A stretch of 64,000 bases of DNA from an uncultured virus (IMG/VR IMGVR_UViG_3300032287_003803) (taxonomy: Duplodnaviria; Heunggongvirae; Uroviricota; Caudoviricetes): the IMG/VR virus record IMGVR_UViG_3300032287_003803; one strand, given 5' to 3'. A program made the translations under genes and the position numbers. Under the pieces are notes generated by a model, which saw only the letters and a list, made by a program, of their open reading frames with translations, was not told where the DNA came from and searched no databases. Of the stretch, positions 9,551 through 18,872 are shown piece by piece. Within the stretch, counting starts at the first letter, position 1, and every line of letters starts with the position of its first letter.

Positions 9551-10537
9551 ATGAAAATTCTAATTACTGGAATAGCTGGTCTTTTAGGTACTCATTTAAG
9601 TAGATATTTTTTATTAAAAGGCCATACTGTTATTGGTATTGATGATCTATCTGGAGGCTATGAAGAATTCGTGCCTACCACCTTAGACATTATATTTTAC
9701 AAAAGAACTATTGGCAAAGATTCAATTTCAGATATTTTTGAAAAACATAAACCAGATGTCGTCTATCATTTAGCTGCTTATGCAGCAGAAGGTCTTTCGC
9801 CATTCATTAGATGTTTTAATTATCAAAATAATATTATTGCTTCAGCATCTATTATTAATGAATGTATCAAATATGATTCAAAATTAATTTTTACATCATC
9901 TATGGCTGTTTATGGAGATCAACAACCTCCATTTACAGAATCAATGACCCCAAAACCAATTGATCCATACGGTATTGCTAAATACGCTGTTGAGATGGAT
10001 ATTAAACAAGCTCATGAGCAATTTGGTTTGAGATACAATATTATTAGACCTCATAATGTTTTAGGTATTTATCAAAATATTTGGGATAAATATAGAAACG
10101 TAATTGGAATCTTTATTAGAAAAGCATTGAATAAAGAACCCATTATTGTTTATGGAGATGGCGAACAAACCAGAGCTTTTTCAGATATTCAGTATTATAT
10201 GGAACCGTTTGAACAATTACTTGATAAACATGATAATGAAACTTTTAATATTGGTGCGGATAAATACTGGTCAATTAATCAAGTAGCTAAGATTGTAAAA
10301 AATATAGCATCTAGCTATCAATACAATACTGAAATTATTCATTTAGAAGCTAGACATGAAGCTAAACATGCGTATTGCGATCATTCAAAAGCTAAAAATT
10401 TACTTGCATTTAATGATGAAACTATTTTAGAAAATTTAATAGAAAAAATGTTTATTTGGGCCAAATATCAACCAAATAGAGAAGTAAAAAAAATGCCTTA
10501 CGAGGTAGAAAAAAATATTTATTCTTATTGGAAATGA
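9551..10537 (+). CDS. NAD-dependent sugar epimerase/dehydratase
   Basis: TGIAGLLG, HLAA, TSSMAVYG, YGIAK and GDGEQTRAF. Confidence 0.92.
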   Translation: MKILITGIAGLLGTHLSRYFLLKGHTVIGIDDLSGGYEEFVPTTLDIIFYKRTIGKDSISDIFEKHKPDVVYHLAAYAAEGLSPFIRCFNYQNNIIASASIINECIKYDSKLIFTSSMAVYGDQQPPFTESMTPKPIDPYGIAKYAVEMDIKQAHEQFGLRYNIIRPHNVLGIYQNIWDKYRNVIGIFIRKALNKEPIIVYGDGEQTRAFSDIQYYMEPFEQLLDKHDNETFNIGADKYWSINQVAKIVKNIASSYQYNTEIIHLEARHEAKHAYCDHSKAKNLLAFNDETILENLIEKMFIWAKYQPNREVKKMPYEVEKNIYSYWK

Positions 10538-11571
10538 AAACAATTATCATCACAGGAGTCACTGGTCAAGACGGTTCTTTAATGGCAGACTACTTGCTAA
10601 AAGACTCCAATAACTTTGTTTATGGAGCGTGTCGCCGTTTGAGCGTCCCAAATCACCAAAACATTAAATACATAAAAGATCACGAAAGATTCAAGCTTTT
10701 GGAGCTTGATCTCACTGATGCAGAAAGCATTAATCAGGCAATTAGACAAATCAAGCCAGATTACTTTATCAACTTTGCTGCAAATTCTTTTGTTGGTAAT
10801 AGTTGGAAGATGCCGATCAATCACATGCAAACGAATTGCATGGGTGTTCTTTATTGTCTTGAAGCAATCAAAAATATTTCTCCACATACCCGATTTTACA
10901 ACGCTGGTAGCAGCGAACAATTTGGCGATGTTTCCTACTCTCCTCAAGACATCAACCATCCATTTAAACCAAGATCGCCTTATGGTGCATCAAAATGTGC
11001 CGCACATCATATTGTAAAAGTATATCGTGAATCTTATGGAACTCATGCTGTTCAAGGCATCTTGTTTAATCATGAGGGTGTTCGTCGCGGTGAAGAGTTT
11101 GTGACTCGTAAAATCACCAAGAATGTCGCGAGAATCTACAACTCTAAAAGAAGCGGCGAATCTTTTGCTCCAATCGAGCTTGGAAACATTGACTCAAAAA
11201 GAGATTGGAGTGACGCTCAAGATTTTGTTCGCGGCGTTTGGATGATGTTAAATCAAGACTCTCCAAAGGACTACGTTCTTTCGGCAAATGAAACGCATTC
11301 AGTTCGTGAGTTTGTTGAGCTTGCTTTTAAAGCTGCCTTTATTGAAGGAGATTGGATTGGAGAGGGCTTGACCGAGCGTTTCGTTGATAAAGAAACTAGC
11401 AAGGATTTGTTGATTATTAATCCAGCTTTCTATCGTCCAGCAGAAGTTGACCTTCTTTGGGGCGATTCAACTCCAGCAAGACAAGAGCTTGGTTGGACTC
11501 CAAAAACATCATTTTCAAAATTAGTTGAAAAAATGGTTGCATCAGACCTCCATTGGCCATATAATGATTAG
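10534..11571 (+). CDS. gmd: GDP-mannose 4,6-dehydratase
   Basis: ITGVTGQDGS, PRSPYGASK, GILFNHE, EEFVTRKIT, RDW and YRPAEVDLL. Start overlaps the upstream stop (ATGA). Confidence 0.95.
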   Translation: MKTIIITGVTGQDGSLMADYLLKDSNNFVYGACRRLSVPNHQNIKYIKDHERFKLLELDLTDAESINQAIRQIKPDYFINFAANSFVGNSWKMPINHMQTNCMGVLYCLEAIKNISPHTRFYNAGSSEQFGDVSYSPQDINHPFKPRSPYGASKCAAHHIVKVYRESYGTHAVQGILFNHEGVRRGEEFVTRKITKNVARIYNSKRSGESFAPIELGNIDSKRDWSDAQDFVRGVWMMLNQDSPKDYVLSANETHSVREFVELAFKAAFIEGDWIGEGLTERFVDKETSKDLLIINPAFYRPAEVDLLWGDSTPARQELGWTPKTSFSKLVEKMVASDLHWPYND

Positions 11572-11927
11572 TGGCTAAATCTAAAGAACCAAACAAGAAG
11601 CTCATAGTTTCCAAATTTGTCGAGATTCCCGCTAAATCAAAGCGGGAGTTTTGGCAAAGAGAATATGTATTGCTGAATCGTTTAGTTGAGAGATACGGTC
11701 TAGAATTTCTAAGAGATACAAGTTTCTCCTTAAAAGGAGACAGCTTAGCTATTTTATTTGCGCCAAAAATCCTTCAAGATTTAGATAAAAGATTCAAAAT
11801 TTACAGCAGCGAATCTCGTATAACTAGGGAGCCTCAAATCATTTTGCAAGACGACCCGTTGAATCAGCCAATTTTAATTGAGCATAAACCTAAAACCATT
11901 AGAGATTTTTTAAATGAAAAAGACTAA
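11571..11927 (+). CDS. hypothetical protein
   Basis: GTG-start ORF tightly coupled between gmd and recA. Confidence 0.65.
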   Translation: MAKSKEPNKKLIVSKFVEIPAKSKREFWQREYVLLNRLVERYGLEFLRDTSFSLKGDSLAILFAPKILQDLDKRFKIYSSESRITREPQIILQDDPLNQPILIEHKPKTIRDFLNEKD

Positions 11928-13053
11928 AGAAACAGAAGACAAAAAAATCACTTCAAGCGAAATCCTTGACTCTTTCCTAAAGCAAAATTCGGAAGATCAC
12001 TATAATTTTGAAGAGACAGTTGACTACAAGGTTTCAAGCGGATCATTGCAGCTTGATCTTCAATTGGGCGGAGGTTTTGGTCCTGGCCTGCACAGATTTG
12101 TAGGAATAAATGAGGGCGGAAAAACTAGCGAAGCTCTAGAAGTAATGAAGAACTTCTTGATCGAAATTCCAAACTCCAAAGGTTTTTACATCAAAGCTGA
12201 AGGTCGCCTTTCTCCAGAAATGCAAAAGCGTTCTGGAATCAAGTTTGTTTTCAGCGCCGAAGAATGGGTTGTTGGAACTTGCTTTGTTTTTGAAAGCAAT
12301 ATTTATGAAACTGTTGTGGGAGCAATGAGACAACTCGTTTCGAAGAACGAAGAAACAATTAAATTCTGCTTTCTCTTGGATGCGGTTGATGGTCTTATCG
12401 CCAAGAACGATATGGACAAGTCCTTTGAGGAAAGCGCGAAGGTGGCTGGTGGCGCAGTGATTGCGGCCACATTCATGAAGAAGCTTTCGATTGCACTTGC
12501 AAAGCGAGGTCACATGGCCATTTTTATTTCACAAGTCAGAGCAGACATCAAGCTTGACCCGTATTCTAAAGCTCCTATTCGCCAGACATCTGCCACAGGA
12601 GGCAATGCATTGCTACACTTTGCAAACTGGATTCTTGAGTTTGAACCTCGCTTTAAAGGAGATTTGATTCTTAAAAATGCTGGTGACAAGAGCATTGATT
12701 TGGAAAAAAATCCTCCAATTGGACACTGGGCAAAAGTCACAGTCAAGAAATCTCCAAACGAGAAAACTAATCTCACTATCCCATATCCTATTCGGTATGG
12801 CCGAACAGGCGGCAAGTCTATCTGGATTGAGAAGGAAATTGTCGATCTCCTCTTGGCTTGGGAACTTGTCAATAAGAGCGGTGCTTGGTTCTCTCCAAGC
12901 GAAGATTTCTTGCAGCTACTATCTGAAAACTCTCTGACATTCCCACCTAAAATTCAAGGTGAAGCATCTCTTTTTAAGGTTGTTGAAGAGGACGCAGCGC
13001 TTCTTAGCTTTTTGATTGAATATTTTCGTAAAATGATCGCTAATGAAGTTTAA
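11914..13053 (+). CDS. recA: RecA/UvsX-like recombinase
   Basis: SSGSLQLDLQLGGG, Walker A GINEGGKT, IFISQVR, TGGNALLH and KSGAWF. Confidence 0.88.
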   Translation: MKKTKETEDKKITSSEILDSFLKQNSEDHYNFEETVDYKVSSGSLQLDLQLGGGFGPGLHRFVGINEGGKTSEALEVMKNFLIEIPNSKGFYIKAEGRLSPEMQKRSGIKFVFSAEEWVVGTCFVFESNIYETVVGAMRQLVSKNEETIKFCFLLDAVDGLIAKNDMDKSFEESAKVAGGAVIAATFMKKLSIALAKRGHMAIFISQVRADIKLDPYSKAPIRQTSATGGNALLHFANWILEFEPRFKGDLILKNAGDKSIDLEKNPPIGHWAKVTVKKSPNEKTNLTIPYPIRYGRTGGKSIWIEKEIVDLLLAWELVNKSGAWFSPSEDFLQLLSENSLTFPPKIQGEASLFKVVEEDAALLSFLIEYFRKMIANEV

Positions 13054-13450
13054 AACTTTAAATGGTAAAGAGAAGCTACTGAAAAATGCGTCAAAATATC
13101 TAATTAATTGGCGAACGAAAACTCGCAGCAAATTCCAAGACGAAGTTAAAAAATTTTTAAAAGCATATTGGAATGAGGATTTTGTGTTTGAAGAGCTAAG
13201 GCTCGTTGACACAAGAATGACTTTTGACTTTTATAATGCAAACAAAAAAATTGCAATTGAGGTCCAAGGTCAGCAGCATACAAAATTTGTTCCTTTCTTT
13301 CACGGCAATAGAAATAAATTTTTACAGCAATTAAAAAGAGACAATAAAAAGCTAGAATTTTGCGAGATGAACGGCATCAAACTTGTTGAAATTTATTCTG
13401 TTTCAGAATTGAATAAAGATTTTTTTGAATCGTATGAAATTTATCTGTAA
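13043..13450 (+). CDS. DUF559/Vsr-like endonuclease
   Basis: FDFY..KIAIEVQG.QH...RD..K..FC...GI.L motif. Confidence 0.7.
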   Translation: MKFKTLNGKEKLLKNASKYLINWRTKTRSKFQDEVKKFLKAYWNEDFVFEELRLVDTRMTFDFYNANKKIAIEVQGQQHTKFVPFFHGNRNKFLQQLKRDNKKLEFCEMNGIKLVEIYSVSELNKDFFESYEIYL

Positions 13451-13458
13451 TATAAAAC

Positions 13459-13743
13459 ATGCTGAATAATAAAATCAAAGAAATTCCTCAGTTCGAAATG
13501 CCTTCAAACTTTATCGAACAAATCTATGAACTCAGCGGCAACGCAGACAAGTATAAAGGCGTTCTGCTAGCTTATGTTTCAGAAGACGGCACACCAGTCA
13601 TCTACTGCAAATATGATTCTCAAGTTGTAGAATTCGGCATGAGAAAAGCTTTAGAAAAATATCTTCAAAATTCAGACGAAGCTGAAACCGCATATAGTCT
13701 TGGAGAAGAAGAAAATGATGAAGATGATGTTGACGAAGATTGA
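13459..13743 (+). CDS. hypothetical protein with acidic tail
   Basis: 94-aa ORF with CTGTAA 8 nt upstream. Confidence 0.65.
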   Translation: MLNNKIKEIPQFEMPSNFIEQIYELSGNADKYKGVLLAYVSEDGTPVIYCKYDSQVVEFGMRKALEKYLQNSDEAETAYSLGEEENDEDDVDED

Positions 13744-13766
13744 TTCCTGAGTATCGTAATAGTAGC

Positions 13767-15284
13767 ATGATCTACTCTTATGAACTTGAAAAGCAATTGC
13801 TGGCAGCACTCATTAAAAAGCCAGAGAACTATTTCGAAATCTCTGCATTCATTAATGAAAAAGACTTTTATAGTGAAGATAACAGTTTAAATAAAACAAT
13901 CTTCACAATCGTTCGCCAAGCTTTAGAGGCGCACGAAGAAATTGATGACGTAATCATCGCGCAACGAGTCCAAAATCTTGGAATCTCGTTTGATGATGTG
14001 GTAAACGTGGCAGAATACGTCAAGAGTCTTGGCATGAGAAAGGTAGCCGATGGCAGTCTCATTAAAACAGCCAAAGAACTTAAAAAGTACACTATTCGCA
14101 GAGAGATTTTTGAATCCTCTCAAAATATTGCGAAAAAGATGAAAACTTTGCCAGCAGAAAGTTCCTATTCGGAAATCATTTCTGTAGCTGATAAAGAATA
14201 TAACAGCCGCATCAATCAGTATGAGGTTGGCAATGATTCTCCAGAAAACATCTATGATGAGATGGAATCAATGATTGAAGACAGGGGCGCAAATCCTGTT
14301 ACCGAATTTGGGATGATGGGACCGCACGAAAGAATCAATAGTATTTATGGTTCTCTTTTGCGGCCAGGAAATATTACTGTTATTGTTGCTCGATCTGGCG
14401 TTGGTAAGACTCAGTTCTGCATGGACTATTCAACCAAAGTCAGTTTAGCATATAATGTTCCAGTATTGCATTTTGATAATGGCGAAATGAGCAAGGAAGA
14501 ACTGATTATGCGCCAATGTTCTGCGCTTAGTGGAGTTCCTATGCACTTGATTGAAAGCGGTCAATGGTTGCGTGCGGGAAAAGAAACAGTCGATAAGGTT
14601 CGCAACATTTGGGCCAGAGTTAAGAAACTGCAATTTTATTACTATAATGTTGGCGGCTTGGACGTTGATTCGATGATCAATACATTGAAGAGATTTTATT
14701 ATTCAAAAGTTGGTCGTGGCAACAAGATGATTTTTAGTTTTGACTACATCAAAACAACATCTGATAGCACAGGCTCCAACAAAACAGAATGGCAAATGGT
14801 TGGAGAAATGGTTGATAAATTTAAACGATGCGTTCAGAAAGATATTTTATATGATGGGTTGCCAATCATTTCAATGATTACTTCTGTTCAGTCGAACCGT
14901 TCTGGTATCACTAATAATCGCAACTCTCAAAATGTTGTTGACGATGAAAGTATCGTGTCTCTATCTGATCGAATTACTCAATTCTGTTCTCACATGTTTA
15001 TTCTAAGAAACAAAACAACAGATGAAGTTTTGAATGAAGGAGTTAGATTTGGAACGCACAAGCTCATCAATGTAAAAGCTCGACATTTGGGCAAAGATAT
15101 TGCTGGCGCAGTAGAAGCTGTGCGCGTAGGCGATACGCTTCGCAAGAATTTCATTAATTTGGAATTTAAGAATTTTAATATCACAGAAAGAGGCGATCTC
15201 CGAGACATTGTTGAATTCAATGATATTGGCGAAGGTGCCGAAGAAAATGGAAGAAATACTGCTCCCGATTTTGATGAACTCTGA
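13767..15284 (+). CDS. dnaB: DnaB-like replicative helicase
   Basis: N-terminal ELEKQLLAAL..DFY, Walker A ARSGVGKT, GEMSKEEL, FDYI and QSNR. Start set at MIYSYELE. Confidence 0.9.
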   Translation: MIYSYELEKQLLAALIKKPENYFEISAFINEKDFYSEDNSLNKTIFTIVRQALEAHEEIDDVIIAQRVQNLGISFDDVVNVAEYVKSLGMRKVADGSLIKTAKELKKYTIRREIFESSQNIAKKMKTLPAESSYSEIISVADKEYNSRINQYEVGNDSPENIYDEMESMIEDRGANPVTEFGMMGPHERINSIYGSLLRPGNITVIVARSGVGKTQFCMDYSTKVSLAYNVPVLHFDNGEMSKEELIMRQCSALSGVPMHLIESGQWLRAGKETVDKVRNIWARVKKLQFYYYNVGGLDVDSMINTLKRFYYSKVGRGNKMIFSFDYIKTTSDSTGSNKTEWQMVGEMVDKFKRCVQKDILYDGLPIISMITSVQSNRSGITNNRNSQNVVDDESIVSLSDRITQFCSHMFILRNKTTDEVLNEGVRFGTHKLINVKARHLGKDIAGAVEAVRVGDTLRKNFINLEFKNFNITERGDLRDIVEFNDIGEGAEENGRNTAPDFDEL

Positions 15285-16320
15285 TCAAATAAAAGGCTCT
15301 CTTGAAAAGCTAGGTTACACTTTAAAAGATTTTGGGAATCATTGGAGAACAAAAGCTCTGTATCGCGGCGGCGATAATCCAACAGCGATTAAAGTGTATA
15401 AGAATAGCGGAGTGTGGCAAGACTATGTTCAAGGCAACACTTCTATGCCTCTTGCTAAACTGGTTGAATTGACGCTGCAAACCAAAGACCCAAAAATCAT
15501 CAAGCAGTATGTTAGTTATAACCAAGAAGTTCAAACGCATTATATCGCAAAAGAAAAAATAGAGATGGATAAAATTTACCCCAAAGAATGCTTAAACAGA
15601 CTTTTTCCAAACTTCTCTTTTTACAAGAAGCGCGGAATCAGTGAAGAAACACAGAAGCTTTATAAGTGCGGTCTGGCTGGGAATGGCCAAATGTATCAAA
15701 GAATAGTGTTTCCGATTTATGAATCTAACGCAGAAATCTTTGGATTCAGCGGTAGAAAAATTAACGACAACAATGAATCTCCCAAGTGGAAGCATGTTGG
15801 CACAAAAACAAAATGGGTTTACCCAGCATTTGTTCCAAGAGAACAAACAGTTGATTCTATTATTGACGAAAAGAAAGAAGTGATTTTGGTAGAAAGTATT
15901 GGAGACAGTTTGGCTTTGACAGAAGAAGGTTATCTAAATAACCTCGTTACTTTTGGATTAGACTGCTCTCCAGCGCTCTTGAACTATCTCTGCTCCAAAG
16001 ACCTGCGCAAGATCATTATCGCCACAAATAACGACAATGAGAAGCAAAAGAATCATGGTAAAATCTCTGCCATGAAAAACTATATGAAACTCAGTCAGTT
16101 TTTTGACTTTGAACAGCTATCTGTTCAGCTTCCTTGGGCAAATGATTTTGGCGAAATGAGACAGAAAGAAATGTCATTCAAGGACTGGTATCAAGAGTCA
16201 AATGCTTCTCAAGAAGCTAAATTAACTGATTATAAAGATTTCTGCTCCGCCAATCGTACTTCTTTTCAAGAAAAGAAATTGGAGAAATTTTTTAAAAAAC
16301 TACAAAACTTTGGAATCTAA
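15274..16320 (+). CDS. dnaG: DnaG-like primase (TOPRIM), atypical
   Basis: RGIS, RIVFPI....IFGFSGR, PKWKH, VILVESIGD and IIIATNND. Follows dnaB. Confidence 0.78.
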   Translation: MNSDQIKGSLEKLGYTLKDFGNHWRTKALYRGGDNPTAIKVYKNSGVWQDYVQGNTSMPLAKLVELTLQTKDPKIIKQYVSYNQEVQTHYIAKEKIEMDKIYPKECLNRLFPNFSFYKKRGISEETQKLYKCGLAGNGQMYQRIVFPIYESNAEIFGFSGRKINDNNESPKWKHVGTKTKWVYPAFVPREQTVDSIIDEKKEVILVESIGDSLALTEEGYLNNLVTFGLDCSPALLNYLCSKDLRKIIIATNNDNEKQKNHGKISAMKNYMKLSQFFDFEQLSVQLPWANDFGEMRQKEMSFKDWYQESNASQEAKLTDYKDFCSANRTSFQEKKLEKFFKKLQNFGI

Positions 16321-17341
16321 AAACCGAACATCGCTATCAGCAAGTCGCATCAAAACTGCTCAATCATGCAGTTGGAAGTATTGGTGTTCGTATCATTTAA
16401 AATTGCCTGATAAAAGCAATGACGGCGCTCGAAGAGGATCAATATGTCACTTAGTTTTTGAATGCTTGGGCGAAAACCGCCACAAAAAACACTTTTCTCT
16501 CATCATCAAGAAGAGAGATGTCTTTTCTAGCAAAGCTATCGAAAGACTAATTCGCAAACATGCGAAAAAAGAAGGAGTTAATGACGAAGACAATATCAAG
16601 CAGATTTGTGATATGACACTTGCTGGTCTTCAATACGACTTCTTTGGAGCAGAAAATGGCAAACCTTCAGAAGCTTTGAGCGAGCAAGATTTTGAAATTG
16701 ATGTTAAAGAAGGCAAGTTTGATTACAGAATCAAAGGCTTTATTGACAAACTCTTTCTTTACAAGAAGCAGGGGCTAGCTATCATCCGCGACTTTAAAAG
16801 CAGCAAAGAAGTATTCAAGGGAAAAGACCTTGAGAATAACTTGCAAGATTTAATGTATTCTCTTGCTGTTAAAAAGCAATTTCCAGACTATAATAATCGC
16901 TGTTCTGAATTCCTATTTTTAAAATTCTTGCCAAATGAAAAAGGCGTTGTTAGGATGCCAGCACTAACAGAAGAAGAGTTAGACGGCTTTCAATCTGAGC
17001 TAACTGAAATCCAAAAATACTTGGATAATTTTGATATTCAAACGGCATTTTCTAATTTAGCAGCTAGACAAGATTACCCCAAAGATAATTCTTTTAGTGG
17101 TCCTTTGCAATGCGGAAGAGCCGTTCGCAAAGGACAACTCAAAAAAGATGGCAGCTTAATGTATCATTGCCCATATAAATTTGATTTTTACTATTATAAA
17201 ATTTGCGACATGAAAGGCGTAATGATTGCCTCATGTTTCTTGGAGGACTTTGACGAATACATTAAAAAGTATCCCGAAGATAAATATCTTTATCAGACGG
17301 TATTCTATAAAGGTTGTCCCGCGTACCAAAAAAACTTCTAA
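16310..17341 (+). CDS. PD-(D/E)XK RecB/AddB/Cas4-like exonuclease
   Basis: LSASRIKT..SCSWKYW, RGSICH, GFIDKL, IRDFKSSK and QDLMY. Confidence 0.8.
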   Translation: MESKNRTSLSASRIKTAQSCSWKYWCSYHLKLPDKSNDGARRGSICHLVFECLGENRHKKHFSLIIKKRDVFSSKAIERLIRKHAKKEGVNDEDNIKQICDMTLAGLQYDFFGAENGKPSEALSEQDFEIDVKEGKFDYRIKGFIDKLFLYKKQGLAIIRDFKSSKEVFKGKDLENNLQDLMYSLAVKKQFPDYNNRCSEFLFLKFLPNEKGVVRMPALTEEELDGFQSELTEIQKYLDNFDIQTAFSNLAARQDYPKDNSFSGPLQCGRAVRKGQLKKDGSLMYHCPYKFDFYYYKICDMKGVMIASCFLEDFDEYIKKYPEDKYLYQTVFYKGCPAYQKNF

Positions 17342-17355
17342 AACATGGCGCTTTA

Positions 17356-17361
17356 GTGTAA
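17356..17361 (+). promoter_or_regulatory. GTGTAA putative phage promoter element
   Basis: 11 nt before ATG 17373. Confidence 0.55.
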
Positions 17362-17372
17362 AATAAAGCGTT

Positions 17373-18092
17373 ATGAAAATCAATAAAAAATATATTTTTG
17401 ACTTTAATGTTATCGAAAATCCAACACCTGAATTTGCTTATTATTTAGGTTGGATGTGGGGAGACGGAACGTGTCGCCATAGAGTTAACGGTTATGGTCA
17501 ATCTTTGGAAATTCAAGAGTTAGATGGGTTAGAAATAGTGAATTTTTTCGAAACTTTTTGCAAACCATCAAAAAAGTTTAGACATAGAAAAGGAAGAAAG
17601 CCTACAATAAGTATAAACCTATATGATTTTATTTTAGGTAAATTTTTAGAAGAAAATGATTACGAAAAAAAATCACAAAAGCCCCCGACTAAAATATTAA
17701 ATTTTTTACCAATTGAACTTCACGAATATTGGTTTAGAGGGTTTTTTGAAGCAGATGGACACGCTTCTTTTAGAGAACAAACAATTAAAGGATATATGGC
17801 ATCTGTGATTGAATTTTATGCGCCTTTTAATCAAAATTGGGATTTTTTACGAGAATATTTATTTAAATCTGGAATTGAAATAAAAACTGCAACAAGACAA
17901 AGGCTTAGCGGGAATTCATCATGCGCCAGTATTAGTAAGCAAGACTATATTATAAAATTTACAAACTGCGTTTATGCCAATAAAATTTCTATGTCATTAT
18001 CACGAAAATATAAAACGCTAATGGAAATGAAAAATTATATCGTTAATGGCCCACCTTCCAAATCAAAAGAGCTACAGAGCAAAAGTTCTTGA
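17373..18092 (+). mobile_element. free-standing LAGLIDADG homing endonuclease gene
   Basis: Two LAGLIDADG helices (YYLGWMWGDG and WFRGFFEADG). No intein or intron flanks. Confidence 0.85.
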
Positions 18093-18117
18093 CGCTAAGA
18101 ACGTATCATGCTAGATT
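18089..18117 (+). promoter_or_regulatory. sigma70-type promoter (TTGACG-17-TAGATT), probably leaderless
   Basis: ATG 18123 lies 5 nt after the -10 box. Confidence 0.6.
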
Positions 18118-18122
18118 AAAGC

Positions 18123-18872
18123 ATGATTCCACTCTTCAAGAGCACATACAGTATAGGAAAGTCGATACTAACACTAGACGATCCAAAAGAAACCAAAGAA
18201 GGCGGTTCTGATAGCATCATCTCGATTGCGAAAGAAAACAAATTGTCCGAAATCTTTCTGGTGGAAGATTCAATGATCGGCTTTTTGGACGCTCATCAGA
18301 AATGCAAAGAGCATGATATTCAATTAATTTTTGGCTCTAGAATATCTTGCTGCAACTCTGTATCAGAAGAAGATAAGAAATCTTCCGAACATAAGATTGT
18401 TGTCTTTGCCAAGAACGACAAAGGTGTTAAAAATTTAACTCGCATCTTTTCTTTGGCGAATCAAAAGAATGGTGGCTTTGTTGACTCTGTATCTCTACAG
18501 AATAACTGGTCAGACGATTTGATGCTGTGCATTCCATTTTACGATTCTTTTATTTATAATAATAACTTTAGAGGCAAACAATGCTTGCCAAACTTTAAGT
18601 TTACAAAGACGACTTATTTTATCGAGAGTAATGATTTACCATTTGATCATATTCTAAAAGCTAAGGTCGAAAAATGGGCATCTGCATTTGGCGACAGCGT
18701 TCAGAAAACAAAGTCTATTTACTATAAAAATCGCAAAGACTTTGAAGCTTGGCAGACATACAAATGCTTGTGCAAACGCGCCTTTGGTAAAGAGCAGTCG
18801 CTCTCCAGCCCAAACTTAGAACATTGTGGCAGCGATTCATTCTCTTGGGAGGCATTTAAAAATGAAAGATAA
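18123..18872 (+). CDS. DNA polymerase III alpha N-terminal PHP domain (separate gene)
   Basis: LFKSTYSIGKS (degenerate HxHSxYS), DSMIGF, IQLIFG and IVVFAKNDKGVKNL match the DnaE PHP layout. Confidence 0.8.
   Translation: MIPLFKSTYSIGKSILTLDDPKETKEGGSDSIISIAKENKLSEIFLVEDSMIGFLDAHQKCKEHDIQLIFGSRISCCNSVSEEDKKSSEHKIVVFAKNDKGVKNLTRIFSLANQKNGGFVDSVSLQNNWSDDLMLCIPFYDSFIYNNNFRGKQCLPNFKFTKTTYFIESNDLPFDHILKAKVEKWASAFGDSVQKTKSIYYKNRKDFEAWQTYKCLCKRAFGKEQSLSSPNLEHCGSDSFSWEAFKNER

Noticed and set aside
16310..17341. Cas4 as evidence of a CRISPR-Cas system
   Set aside because: No cas1/cas2 or array. Solo PD-(D/E)XK exonucleases are usual in phage replication modules.
17341..18123. Group I intron around the LAGLIDADG gene
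   Set aside because: Only about 30 nt of non-coding flank on each side, and the flanking genes are different, complete ORFs.
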